Source of the DNA: Cercozoa sp. M6MM
Lineage: Eukaryota; Protista; Endomyxa: Ascetosporea
Assembly (NCBI GenBank): GCA_040357565.1
Contig: JBDODJ010000032.1
DNA length: 64,000 nt
Reading direction: 5' to 3' (one strand)
The notes under the pieces: model-generated
Databases searched by the model: none
Told to the model about the DNA's origin: nothing
The model's input: the letters and a program-made list of their open reading frames with translations, nothing else
Shown: in pieces, positions 38,501 to 51,188 of the stretch
How the letters are laid out: each line of letters begins with the position of its first letter
Numbering within the stretch: position 1 is the first letter of the stretch
Position numbers and translations under genes: made by a program

Positions 38501-39208
38501 AGTACTCGTACGCTCAACACTATAAGGGAACGCGTGAATTGTGCAGTGCCTGTTCGAGTTCTGCTGTGCTCCGCGTGCCGTCAAACGTCAGCACTAACGC
38601 CTTTCGCAGCCGTCCCGTGCCATATGCAATGCCAAAACTAAACACTGCCGTACGGTAGGCTACGCCTGCATGTGCATCATGGCGACATGGGCGTTGGAGC
38701 CACGCCATGACGACTCGTGGCACGGAGCTCAGAGTTTGGGCGAATACCGTACGGTAGCGTACATCAGGATATACTGCAAGACGATCACAGAGCCACAAAT
38801 TCGTATCGATATCGATAACTCACTTTTCTAGCGCCTGGGCCATCCGCGCAGAGCGGCACAATTTGAGTCAGTCCGTAACGCAGATGCAAGCATACAGCAG
38901 TTGTTCTAATTCGAGTTTACGTGAGTGCCGTGCGTGGACCCGAGCTTTTGCTAGTAGAGCAGGAAAATTAGTCAACCAGCTTGGCAGGGATGATTGTCCG
39001 CGCTGACGGAGCTGACTGTGTTTCTTGAGTAAAGTGACTGTTGGGGCGACGTTTTAAAGTGGAGCACTTTAGAGAACAAAACCTGACCATCACGGCAAAT
39101 TCCTCGCCGATGGTGCGTTTCCAGTTTTTGCAGTTGGAGCTGTTTTTGTGCAATTTACTTTTCTGTGCTTAAAAACAGGAGAGAACAGCTTCTGCAAAGT
39201 ACCTGCGT

Positions 39209-39897
39209 TTGGGGCGCCGCGAGTCACAGATTGGAAAAGGTTGGAACTGGGTTTGGAGCTTCAAACCTACTGGGTGGAAGATCGAGTTCCTCGAGGAGCT
39301 AGGGCACTCATGCATCGTTTTTGATCCGCCGAAGGGGCACACTGGTCGAATTCGGGTTGCTTTCACAGGTACCGAGTTAATGCCTACAGGTGTCACAGAA
39401 CAAGACTATCGTTTCCGCTATTTTTTCGAAATTTAGCGATAGATACGCCACACAGTAGCAAGCCCGTTGTGCAAGAAAAAGGAACGACAGCAAAGCTGAG
39501 TAACGTCGCAACAGTGTCTCGTTTCGTGCCGGTTGGTTCGGGCGTCGGCGAGCAAGCTCCAGAGTCAGAGCCGTTTCGTTTGGTCACCAGTTTCGATTAC
39601 GGACGTCGACAAACCCTCCGTTGGACGCCAGTGGAGCGGGTTGCAATGAGAGGAGTCGACATCCGCAACTTTCCCGTTCTGGTTCGGGGCGAAGAAGAAC
39701 AAAAGTTGCTTGACCTTCACGAAAGTGCATACGACCACACCGGACAGCGACCGAACGATGGAGCCTGCTCGCAACATCTGGAGGCAGCGTGCTTGAATCA
39801 TTGGGTACGCGCTCTGTTGAATGAGCTGCCTTCAGGAATGCTGTCTGTGATGGAAGTTGAATCTCGCGAGGAATACCGAGTTTTCGGTTTGGTGTAA
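39209..39897 (+). CDS. Hypothetical protein (3' exons; 5' part not resolved)
   Basis: Protein-like ORFs 39209-39436 and 39469-39897 with intervening GT-AG candidates. No family recognised. Confidence 0.3.
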
Positions 39898-40267
39898 CCT
39901 GCCCCAAAACGATTTCGTTCACCACACCGATTCAAGACAAACTAATAAACACCTTGCAACAGGTTTTTCCACCAAAGATGAAAACGCCATCAGTATAAAT
40001 TTAGTGTGATCTCGTCGTTTCTTTTGTTTTGGGTCTCGAACCAGTTTTCAGCTGCACGCGTGAGGCTTCGGACTTTGCTTCTCATGCCATTGGGATTTAT
40101 TGCGGAGCGCGAAGCTTAGATACCCATACGCTTGGGCGGCAGGTATATCAAACGCCCGAGAGTTTATCTTGCCTCACTGTTTTCCCTGCCGTTTCTTGCG
40201 CAGCTTCCCAAAACGTGAGCTCGTTCGCTCAGCGCTGTTGCGTAGTTTGCGTGCGTTTCAGCGGTTC

Positions 40268-41950
40268 ATGTCATCGATAGTCGACGCATTGGCCGATGTA
40301 CTGCCAAAGGAATCTCTGCCTTGGCAGATAGGAGCACAGGTTCATGTACATTGGACCACCGTTTGCAGCACGGCGTCGGGTCACCTGCCATCATGGTGGA
40401 ACGAGCGTGTGCTTGAAAACTTGCACCCACGAAACCCGACATTCGCATCGCTAATTCTGCTGCTGCTGCTCGTGGAACAGTTTTTGTGTGCCCTTGCTGC
40501 CTGGTTTACGGAACTGCGAGGCGACAGTACCGCAAAGGCAGAACACAGCGAAAGTCTCGAACGCGAGGCACTGCTTGCCACTTCTGACTCTGTGACAACG
40601 CGTCGACGTGCTCGCACAACCAGTGGTGCCGGCACTAATGTCGAAAAGCGGGATTCGCCTCCAACGGAGGCAAGCAAGACTGATGCTACCTCGGCAACAA
40701 GCACTGGAACCCTTCCGGGGAAACTCCGGACACGCAAGCCGCGCGGCAACGGCGCGGGCACAGTAACACTGAACACCTTTGATATACTCAAGATCACGGC
40801 AGTGGTCGCCATGATCGTCGACCACATCGGATTCTTCCAAGTGTTCCTGCCACCGTCGGCTTTTCCGTGGTGCCGCGCCATCGGTCGCATCAGTGGCCCA
40901 CTCTTCTACTTCTTAATTGGCTTCTCGAGAAACTACGACTTCCGCTGGAAACTGTGGTTGACGGCTCTCAGTATGGTCGTGAGCAACACGGTACCTCGTA
41001 GAACTTACTTATCTTCACGCCGATGTTTTGTTTCATTTACCGGCTTGACAGCACTTCAATTTGTTCGTGCCAATCGCCGACACCATCACCAACATCCTGC
41101 TTACCCGCCGCGTGATGAAAGCGCTACCGTTGCACGCAATGACCCGCAGTGTCCCGAACATGTGCGCCACCTTGCTGGTGTCGGCGGTAGTGAACTCACT
41201 GTACTACGGTGAGGTGGTCGATTACGGCACAACTTGCTTCAACTTCATGCTTCTTGGCTGGATGTCCCGTGATATTAGCCTGCGCTGGTACAGAAATTTA
41301 CTTCAATTTATCCTTTTGTTATCATTTGGCGTTGCTCGTAGGAGTACGCGTCGTTTGTTCTGGCTCACTGTGGTTGCACTGGATCACGGTGCACACAGCG
41401 TGATGGTGTTCGGGCGCGACCGACAAGACCTGAAAGAGTTCATCTGCGCCTTCTGGGCGTTTGCTGTCTCCACCATGCTTCTGGTACCGTGGCTGCTCGA
41501 GTCGCTTATCTCAAATTGCGAGTATTGTTGCCTCTCAACGTAGATGCGTCTAGTGCGAGTGACGACTATCAAGACGAACAAGAAACAAAAGGCCAGTCGG
41601 TTTAAGTCAGCGCTACTCGCAGTAGCGGCATTTTTGGTGCGCGTCCTGTCGCGTGAGACACTTCCACTGTACGTGACGCACATGCTACTACTCAAAATGG
41701 AGTGGCTTTTGCAATACCGTAAACTGAACTTATTTTATCCTCTTCTGCGTTCTCCACTTGCTCTGGCTTTTTTCTCTCATTCGTTTCATTCCTTGGATAG
41801 ACATCTACTTTGTAAATCAACTGTACGGCGGAAGACAGGAGTAGCGTACAGGAGACTCTCCATCTCTGCAGACTGTTAGCGCACACGTACAGCGACAGCG
41901 TCGTCCACGCCGAGCTCGCCGAACTCGCAGGGCCGCATCCTCATGTTTAG
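40268..41950 (+). CDS. TraX-like (acyltransferase-3 clan) polytopic membrane protein
   Basis: FDILKITAVVAMIVDHIG...WCRAIGRISGPLFYFLIG and downstream VDYGT match the TraX family pattern D.LK.IA...M..DH.G...R..GR...P.F and DYG. Several GT-AG introns. Confidence 0.7.
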
Positions 41951-42150
41951 TTTAACTTACTGTAAATTTACTGTACCCGGAAACTTGTCGGTGAACTTAC
42001 AGTAACGAAGTCCGCGCTGGCCGTGTTAGTTGGTTCAGTCTACGAAGAAATACCACCACCCGCTTGTATTAATATTAGGACTGGGTCATCGAACTCTCCT
42101 TCTGAAGTTCCCCAGGACATCTTCTTCGCGCGCTTCAAGGTTGGTATACA
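41950..42150 (-). mobile_element. Diverged relic of the LINE 3' UTR (SINE or truncated LINE)
   Basis: Colinear blocks shared with 20405-20491: TGGCCGTGTT, ACCRCCCGCTT, TAGGAC, AACTCYCCTT, TGAMGTTCCCCAG, CTTCAWGGTTGGT. Confidence 0.55.
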
Positions 42151-42336
42151 TATGAACGTCAACTGACACTGGGCTCCTACTGCCGCTGGGCTAGGTCCGC
42201 CGAAAGACTGCAGGGCTGCGCACGCTTAAGACTTCCCCCACTTACATACAGTCTGGACTGAAGCTCTCAGTAGGTCAGGATACCAGCGAACACACGTCAA
42301 AATCTTCCTTGAGGATTTTGGTAAGTTGTAGGGTTC

Positions 42337-43425
42337 TTATCGTATGATGTAACAGGTAAATTGGCTACCGGCGTCCCTTGCGGTTGCCGCGCTTCTTGCG
42401 CCCCTTGTGACCACGAGTGTTCTTTTTCCTTCTGCGCAGACGAGCGCGGGATAGAGAGTTAACTCAGAGAAACACAGACACAGAAACAAGCGAACGCACC
42501 CTCTGCTGGAATCTTTTTGTTCCGTCTGCTTCAGTTCAACTTCCTCTGACGTCTGCTGACTGCGCGTTTCGGGCTGGTAGGTCCAGTCGGGGTCAGGGAG
42601 GAAACGTTCCAGGCGGAAGGCCGAAACGCCTGTCAAGAATTGTGTTTGATATCTATTAAGTATACGATAGAGTATGAAAAATCAATGGACCATTGAGGTA
42701 GTGTCGACGCAGATAGGCCGTTCGAACAAAGCCAAGACGGCCATAGAGCGTCAAAGCGGCCACATTTGTTTCCTCTGTTTCCAACACGACGCGACGAGCA
42801 CCCATTGCACAGGCTCGTCGCACCACCTCCTGCACACACCACCAGACATGCACGCAATCATAGACACGGACGCACCCATAATGCCAAACGCAGACTGGTA
42901 CCTGAACGAGATGACGCGCCAGGCCCTTGCGACGACACTCGGAGCGCACAGCGAGCATCGCGATGATGCCGTGCTTTTCCTGCTGCGCCGGCGTGCTCTC
43001 CAGCAGCACCATGTCGGAGCCATCGCCGATCTTGGCCACAATGACACCTTCGTCCCAAAACACACCAATCACGGGCTCACAGCACACCACTAACCTAGAT
43101 AACACCAAACGAACCCACAGTCTCCCCATGCACCTCTGCAAACAGCGTCAGAGTCGGGTTTTGCAAATAGAAGCCTCGGTAGGTCATCTGGACAAATGCA
43201 ACAAATCAATCGACTTTCCCTACTATCCGTGAAATTATCCCGATTTTACGGTAGTGTACGGCTCCGACAGTGTCTCTTCGACCAACGAGCGCAGCTTCAC
43301 CAAGTCGCCCTTCTCCTCCGACTCTGAAAAACTGAAAACAATTATTTGCTGGTCGCAAACAACACAAACAGAGCGCACGCACCAAAATGTCGCAAAACGA
43401 CATCATCCAATGTAAAGTCCAGCAT
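42337..43425 (-). CDS. NAA30: N-alpha-acetyltransferase 30 (NatC catalytic subunit, MAK3)
   Basis: TLSEPY, TYRGF, GIIAMLAVRSECRRKGLARHLV, VVLETEETNVAALTLYGRLGFVR...YLNGVSAFRL. 3' end approximate. Confidence 0.85.
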
Positions 43426-43581
43426 CTCACACGCTCTCGCAGTGTTTTACGCAGCCATTTTGGTCTTGACGCTGAGCGGAACGCCGGAAGCAGATTTTGT
43501 CATTTTTAAAAGAAAAACTCTGAAATGGCCATCTGATGCGAGATCTTCGACACAAGACAGCTCTCGAAAGAGGTGTAGAGG

Positions 43582-45533
43582 TTAGCAAACCAGGGCGTGC
43601 GCTTGACTGAAAAAGTCCTCAAAGCGACGATAAAGTACCAAGAGAATAAAAAGGCCCATCTCCTGACTCGAGGGGTACGATATCGCCCCTATTTGGCGCC
43701 CGGCAACCGTCGCAACACAAACACAAACGCAAGCATGCCTTGTCCACGTGCGCCCATGTGGATCTGAGAGCACGAAACTCCGTTAAAAAAAAGAACGAAC
43801 TGGAACTGAACAGGGTCAAAACTGTACCTCCCGCACGGGCTCGGCCAGCTGCCACATTTTGCGTCTAATACTGCGGCGCAGCAGCTTCTTTTGGATGCAC
43901 AGCAGCACAGCAATGCCGCCTACACAGCGATATCAAAGAAAATTAAAAAAAAAACACACACACACACAAATGGTCCAATCTGGACAGTAAAAAAAAAAAA
44001 CGGCATACCAGGGCACAGCACGCGATGCAGTGCGTCCAGCGTGCGTGGGTACAACTCGCGATTCGCCCGGAAGGTTGAATGCCGCGTGCCGAACGGCAAA
44101 TCGATCAGAGCGAGGTCCCAGTTGCCACTGACACACAGTTTCCAGTTCCGGTCAATCCCTCCACAGGTCTATGTGTGTGTTTGTGCTGTGTACCACTGCA
44201 AGGCAAACGCGTCGAAGGCGTCATTATCACAGATGTCGACACACTGCGGCGCACACTGCGTCAGTTGCGACTGCTGCTGCGCCACCTGGATGGCCTCGCT
44301 GTCGACGTCGCTGCCGATCAGTCTCGCTCTGTGGGAAGGGGGTAACGGAGGGGGTCAGGGCGCAAGGAACTGAGTGGGACGTACCGAGGAAAGAAACGCG
44401 CAGCTTCCACCAGCGTGGTGCCCGTACCGCACATGGGGTCACCGATCACTAGGTTCGAACCGTCACTACGACCAGTCGCACCGTCACTACGATCAGTCGA
44501 ACCGTCAGTGTGATCAGCAGAACCGTCACTTTGATCAGCTGAACCGTCGGTCACGTGTCTGCGACCCAGTAGCGCCAGTGCCGCCGCCAGCGACGGGTTC
44601 AGCGCCGTCTTGAGTCCGTGCGACCGGTCGCGCCGCTGGTGCAAGTCCGCGCGGATGCACAGACCGGCCTGCCACCAGTCAGTGTTAATTATCACCGTTA
44701 ATTATCACCGTTAACAAGTCACCCCGTGGGGAAGCAGAGAAGTAAACCGGACACATACGTGCAGAGAGCCGTTGTACACGTGCACGAGCACGCCGAGGTG
44801 GAAGGCACGCGCGTCGTGCTGCCCGGCCACTCGCGGCCGCACGTGCTGTGCCATGGCCCCAAAGGCGTCGGGTCCATTGAAGGCGTGTCGTTTCTCCGGG
44901 AAGCTGCGCCGCCGTCCGAAAAAGTGAAAGCGCCGCCGGGCAACGTCGCCGTCGCTCGGAACCACGTCATCCGCGCGGAAGCGCCGGCGCACCTTGAGCG
45001 GCACCGTCGGGTTCTCCGACGCCGACTCGCCGTGCGCACGTGTCCACAGACCCAGTGCAGTGAGAGCACCGTCCGTATCAGTCAAACCGTTAGCGGAACC
45101 GTCGCTGTCGGCGGAACCGTCACCGTCGGTGGAACCGTCGGTGCGATCAAAGTGGTCAACGCACGTGTGCGCCGCCGTCAGCAGCGTCGGCATCGTCAGC
45201 AGCTCGGGTCGTTCCACATGGCACTGCAGCACAGCCACGCACTCCAACGTCGCCAGGTTCTCCAGTTCCTCCAGCAGACGCGCCGACGCGCGTGCTCGGA
45301 AACACACGACGCCCGTGTTGTTACTGCGGGGGGGGGGGGGGCGCCCTATTTTGGAGTACAAACACTAGACACTGAGTACCTCGCAACCACATCGCTCAGA
45401 GCACTGTCTCGCACGTTCAGACGCAAGTCCTCTGCCGCAACGTCCTCGAGACCTGCCAGACTTGGGGATCAACACGCCAGGTTAACATGAACAACTGCCG
45501 TGTACCAAAAGTGGTGATGCCGAAAAAATGCAT
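43582..45533 (-). CDS. THUMP-domain RNA (m2G-type) methyltransferase (THUMPD2/3, Trm14-like)
   Basis: MHFFGITTFGLEDVAAED start, LKTALNPSLAAAL, VIGDPMCGTGT..VEAA (SAM motif I), DVDSEAI, DLALIDLPFG. 3' end approximate. Confidence 0.78.
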
Positions 45534-45745
45534 TTATCAGGTCGCGAAACAACGCCCTGTCTTGCTCAGTGTATTATCACGCTCATGCACTCAGCGGAAA
45601 CTCTATTTAAACCAGTGTCAGTGTAGCCGCACAGAAACCAAAAACCTCGATTTTCTCTGTTGATGTTCTTAGATTAGAGTGTCTAGTGCCTGTAATTGAT
45701 TACCTGTAATACAAAACCCACGGAGAGGTGAGTCAGTCAGTCCAA

Positions 45746-46640
45746 TTAGTCCTCGACCTGCTCCTTGGCCTCGAGGATCTCCGTGAAGGTCAGCACGTCG
45801 CGGCCCTCCTCGCGCATCGTGTCGTACTGCACACGAATGCCGAGTTATACCCCCCTTTACCCCCCCCCTGCCCGGCGTGCAAGCGTACCAGCGTGCCAAA
45901 CACGGCGAGAATCACGCCAAACAAAACGCCGCCGAACAAGGTGGTCACAATTATCACTGCGCACACGAGTTTTTTTTAATTAAGGAGGTGCATTTTCAAC
46001 ATTAAGCTCTCCCTTAACTAATTTGATTTTAGTTAAGGCTACCAAACACCAAGAAGAACCAAATCGCCGCGAACTGCTGCGTCGCATTCGCTGCGGCATA
46101 CGCGATTTCGTGGCTACAAAAAAAGGGTCAACGTTCCCACAGGACTCGGTCCATTTGGACCGGTCGGCTCCTTTAACAAAAAGAGCAGAGGGAGGGGGAA
46201 ACGGTACAAGGCCTCGCCCACAAAGACCTGGAACAGCGACAGCACCGAGTGGCCCAGACTGTCGAAGTGCGCCTGCAAAAATGAGATGCTTAAGGGGGTG
46301 AGATGGTTAAGGGGGTGAGATGCTTAAGGGGGTGAGATGCTTAAGGGGGTAAGAACGCACATCGTAGCCGAGTTGCCGCCGCACGGCGTCGTCGAAAGTG
46401 CCGTAGAACAGCGTCACAGCAACGGTGCCGAAAAAGAAGAAAACGCAGAACAGCAGCAGCAGCAGTGCGCCGAACTAAGCGGTACATTCGGACCAGTTCG
46501 GACAAAGGTGGCTACACGTGGGGTCCATTTGTACACATGGTCCCTTTCGTACCGGTTCGTACGCATGCGACAGCACGAACAGGAAGCGGCGCATCGACTT
46601 CAGCAGCGCCAGCACGCGGAAGATCGGCAGCGCCATGCCT
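45746..46640 (-). CDS. Voltage-gated-type ion channel S5-pore-S6 region (TPC/Cav-like), 3' part of a gene cut by the gap at 46654-46753
   Basis: Spliced reading PIFRVLALLKSMRR...LLFCVFFFFGTVAVTLF...FDSLGHSVLSLFQVFVGEAFHEIAY...IWFFLVFVIIVTTLFGGVLFGVILAVF. Confidence 0.7.
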
Positions 46641-46789
46641 GAGGGGGGGGGGGNNNNNNNNNNNNNNNNNNNNNNNNNNNNNNNNNNNNNNNNNNNNNNN
46701 NNNNNNNNNNNNNNNNNNNNNNNNNNNNNNNNNNNNNNNNNNNNNNNNNNNNNTAGGGGGGTAAATAGGGGGGTAAACAGGGGGGTAAA

Positions 46790-47622
46790 GCCTACGCTAC
46801 TGCTCTCCAGCGCCGCCAGTCGCAGCGGCAGCATCTGCGTCGCAAACTGAGCGAACTCGAGCTCGCACACCACGTGGCACAGCGAGGCCGGAATCGGCGT
46901 TTTCTGCACACAACCGTCACTCAGTACTCGGTCATTGATCGATCAGTGATCGATCATTTTCGATCACTGATCGATCGCTTGCGATCACAACAAATTAATC
47001 ACACCAAATTAATCACACCAACTTAATCACACCAAATTAATCACACCAAATTAATTACAAAAAAATTAAATTAATCCTCCCAAAACGAGCGATCATTTTC
47101 GATCACTGATCGATCACTCGCGATCACTGATCGATCAGTGTGGGCACTGACCGGGAAGCGGCGCAGCAGGCGGCGCAGCAGGTCGTCGTGTCGGAAGCGG
47201 CGCAGCGCATGCGGCGCCACGCGCGCGTCGCTGCCAACCGAGTCGCCAATGTCCTCCAGCAGCGACACCAGCGCCTGCTCGCTGTTCCGCGCGGACTGTG
47301 TGACCATACGGACCGTACACTTTGTACACCGATACTAACACACCGTCGTACCTCGATCTTCACCAAGGCGTGATCCTGCAGCGTGCGCTCGCAAATGCCG
47401 ACGAAGTGCGCGCGCTTGCGGCGCCCGAAAAACGCGCCGGCAGCCACTAGGGCACCCGACACGCCATCGACGTCCAGCCGCGCATCTTCCGCGCGTAAGC
47501 TGCGGTCACACACGCGCACAAATACCACAAAGACACACGAGACTACGCACAGATTACTCGGCCAGCCGCCGCAGCAGATCTGCCTCGCTCGTAGCGCCGT
47601 CGAGTGCACTAAGATACGACAT
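46790..47622 (-). CDS. Hypothetical protein 5' exons (possibly the N-terminus of the channel gene across the gap)
   Basis: ATG at 47622 (MSYLSALDGATSEADLLRRLAE); GC-rich exons separated by GT-AG introns. Confidence 0.4.
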
Positions 47623-47794
47623 CTCTTAGCACGTCTGTGCACTGCCTCACGGATCTAAATGCGCTTCCCACAGCAAGAGATTTTTATTTTCGGCTAGGGT
47701 TGTTTATTTGTTCAGTTCTTGCATTCCAAATGCCCTTCTCAGTCAGCTAGAAAACTGGAGCGGTGTACAGTACTGTACATGAAGACCTTAGTTT

Positions 47795-48860
47795 GTATCC
47801 GATTCAATCGAGCGATTGCCCAGTAGCTGAGCTTGTCGACGGCGTCGTTGGGCCAAGCGGATCCTTGGCACCACGTCTTGCCTCATTCACACAGGCACAA
47901 CACATACAGTAGAGTACCAAAGAGTGGAACCCAACCAACAGAGCGAACGGGATTCAAACTGAAAGGAACGTAAGTTTACACCGCGAACTTGACAAATCAC
48001 AGAGATAGGTTGAAACAGACGAGGTCGCGAACGGTTTAAACAGACGATGAGCCACCGATCCGGCTCTGTTGATGTCAACCTTGCCGTCGAGTAGGTTGGT
48101 GGCATACTGCGACTGGGACAGTTTGGTATCCAAAACCTGACGATAGACCCATTTTTGGACATATGTATCTTGTGGCAGTGCAGAAGTGCTTTGAGCGCCT
48201 CAATCATCGTGCCAGCTGGACTCATCAAACAATGCAAACTGTACAGTAAAATTAGCTGTGACAGCGACAAAGACAGAACACTCACGCCGAGCCGAGAAAA
48301 GGGAATTGCCGCGAGAACTGGTGGAAACAGGAATCAGTTTACGCTCCCAACAAGTTGCCACTCGAATCGTGTGCGAGCGGCGTAATTGGCAGTTGGATAG
48401 AATCCACATGCCAAGTCACATGCGCGCCGTTTCACCGTCTGCAGCACAACAGACAAGCGTTCCAATCTGTTCCACAACGGAATTGGAAGTCAATTTCATG
48501 GCAAACGAAACCTCCAAGTGGTGCAGGTTTGCCGAGATGAGCGTGTGTGCCCATGCATCATTCGGTGCAGCTGGCAATGCAACGAACATCAGAAGGTCAG
48601 TCAGGAGATTCTGCAGCCGAAGCTTCAGTTTAAAACAAAACAAGTTGAAATACCTTCGTGCATTCCAGTAAATGTGGTCGACATGTCCATCCCCTCGATT
48701 GCAAAACTGTTACGCGCTCGTGTTTGTGGCGAATGATCATATCAAGAAAAAGGTATAGTTTACCTTTTCTACAGTGCATTCTTGGCAACCACGATGGCGT
48801 ACCCTGTCAGCAATGTACAGCAACACCGAGTCGACCGAGCGTTCTGATGAGAAACGTCGG
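47795..48860 (-). pseudogene. Partial diverged duplicate of the 3' half of the gene at 51189-54370
   Basis: Direct-repeat blocks: TATCCGATTCAATCGAGCGATTGCCCAG (~47796/51356), GTAAATGTGGTCGACATGTCCATC (~48668/52394), TGGCAACCACGATGGCGTA (~48783/52579). No 5' exons seen. Confidence 0.6.
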
Positions 48861-49049
48861 CAAAACTCCGGGTCAGTTTTGGGTTTGTTCCCAAAGTGTG
48901 CCATTTCAGTTTTTGTCAGACTGTGTCTCAAAAAACTCGCTCTACGCTCTAACTTTCCCAAACTGAGTCAACTGACCGTCCATACAATCTGGTTTTACGA
49001 AGGACAGCTGCCTCTCCAAATTAACTGAAGAAGCGTCCAATCCGACGAA

Positions 49050-50850
49050 ATGAAGATTTTGTTGGCAGTTCTCTGTGTCGCGCAGCTGACTTTGTTTCCA
49101 TGTCCAGTGGCTGCGAGTTATGCACACGACTCTGCGAAGAACGTCTACCCGAGCGGCAACACTAATATCTCCCCCAAAAAGGGTGATGGCTACTCGAGTG
49201 GCTACGACAGTGAACACGATGCCAAGCACGACAAGAACCTTGAACACGTCAAGCAAGACCTGCACAGCATTTTCATGGTACTGTGTCTATACTGTACAGT
49301 ACAACGCATACAGTACAATACAGTCTGTGTATTACACAAACTGCATGTAAAACTGTACGTTGTTCTGTAGGGCATGGACTCGGCCAGCAGTCAGCTGCAG
49401 GCGACGATTCACCAACTGTGGGCGCGTCTCAAGAACGCAGCCACAGTGATCAAGAATCAGACCCAGACCACGACTACGACTGCGACGACTGCCACTCCCA
49501 GTGCTGCGCCTACCGAGACCACGACCACAGCTGCAGCAACCACCCAGACCACGACACTGCCGTGTGACTGCACGCAGCAGGACGTGCCTGTCACGCCCGT
49601 TCCGACACCCTGTCCGTCTGTGCCGGCCAATCCCTTCCTGCCTGGTCTGTTTCCTCAGTCTTCTCTGTTCTCGTGTGTGCTTGTACAGTACGTACTGTGC
49701 TACTGTACTGCTTGTACTGTACACTCTGTGCTGTACTGTACTGTGTGTGCCCTCAGGCGACCCGTGTACGTGCGACTTTGAGTGTGCCTCTGGCGCCGAC
49801 GCTCGTTGTTCGGGCGACTGCACAGTCACGCTGCTGAACGGCACCTCGAGTGCTCCCACTGACGCTGGAGGTGCTCCTCTGATGCACGTGTGCATCTCGG
49901 CCAGTCAGGTGCCTGCCGGGCAGGCGTGCCACTGCGACTCGCAGTGTCCCAGCGGTCTGCAATGTGTCGGCGCCGACCTGGACGCTGCCACGTCTCGCAC
50001 CTGTGCCCTCACTCTCGGACAGTCCTGTGACTTCAGCAATGACATGTGCATGCCTGGTACTGCAGTGCATGTCCGTCTGTACTGTACAAAAATACTGACT
50101 GAACTGAAACTGAACTGAAACTGAACTGACTGAAACTGAACTGCACAGGACTGCAGTGCGACGCCTCGTCGTTGAAGTGCGTGATTCCCCTAGGCACGGG
50201 CACTCCAATCATGTGTCGCGACCGCGCAGACTGTCCGGACGGAGCCTTGTGCGACGACAGCGGCGACTGCAAGGGCGCTCGCGACCAGGCGTGCACAGAA
50301 AACGGAGAGTGTCTGTCTGGAACTTGCACTTCGAACATGTGCGAGAAGCCTACGGGAGGTGCACTCGGCGATCTCTGCGACAAGGAAACACATCGTGCCG
50401 GTCCATTAGGAGACAATACCTGTTCTTCCGGTCTCGCATGTGCCAACGCTGGTACCATACTGCGTTAGTATTGGAACGTGTTGGAACTTTGTGCGACAGG
50501 CTACCAGCAGTCGCTGCCGAATCCGAACGGTCAGCTGAAGTGTTTAACCCGAAGCAATCTTACTCCCACGTGCGCTGCTTCGAGTGAGTGCGCCTCGGGG
50601 CAGTGTGTTAGTGCTGTCTGTCAGGAGACGCCCTACAGTCAGCGACTGCCTGCAGGCGGCCGTGTCTTGTGGCACTGTTGTGTGTTTCGGAGGAGGAGTC
50701 TGCGGCGCAATCGCAGCAGACCAGTGTCCCTTCGCCATGGCCGGCGCTGCGTGTACGGCGGGTTCGCAGTACGAGTGCGAGATGCCAACGAATGTCGGTC
50801 TCGACGACTTCCAGATCTGCACGGCTGCCAGCACTTGTCCCATCCCTTAA
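49050..50850 (+). CDS. Secreted Cys-rich protein, paralogue 2 (apparent 2-nt frameshift near 50650)
   Basis: Near-identical central region to the reverse complement of 33090-34100. The last exon switches frame between SQRL and QAAVSCG. Confidence 0.7.
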
Positions 50851-51188
50851 CTTCGAGTCCGTCTGTAGCGACGACTTCAAGAGAGCGTGTCACAGTTTCT
50901 ATTCTATCGATCGATACCCTCAACCAACTGCAGTGAGTAGTTGAATCAGGTATGGCGGGGTTTTTCGAGGCAAAATCAGAATCAAAGCGCCATTTGACTA
51001 AAAAAACGTGTCTAAGCGGCATTTAAGCCTCACAAAGGCAAAGCCGAACCCCCCAAAATACGCACATGGTAGGCCAAAGTAGCGATGATGTGACCGCCCA
51101 GACCCGGATTTCGAACTTATTTGAATACAACGGGCAACAACTTTGTCGAAATTGCTAAAACAAAACGCGGCTAAACCGCTGATTCTAG

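Noticed and set aside
51060-51125. tRNA-like GTTCGA on the minus strand
   Set aside because: No T-stem or cloverleaf can be formed.
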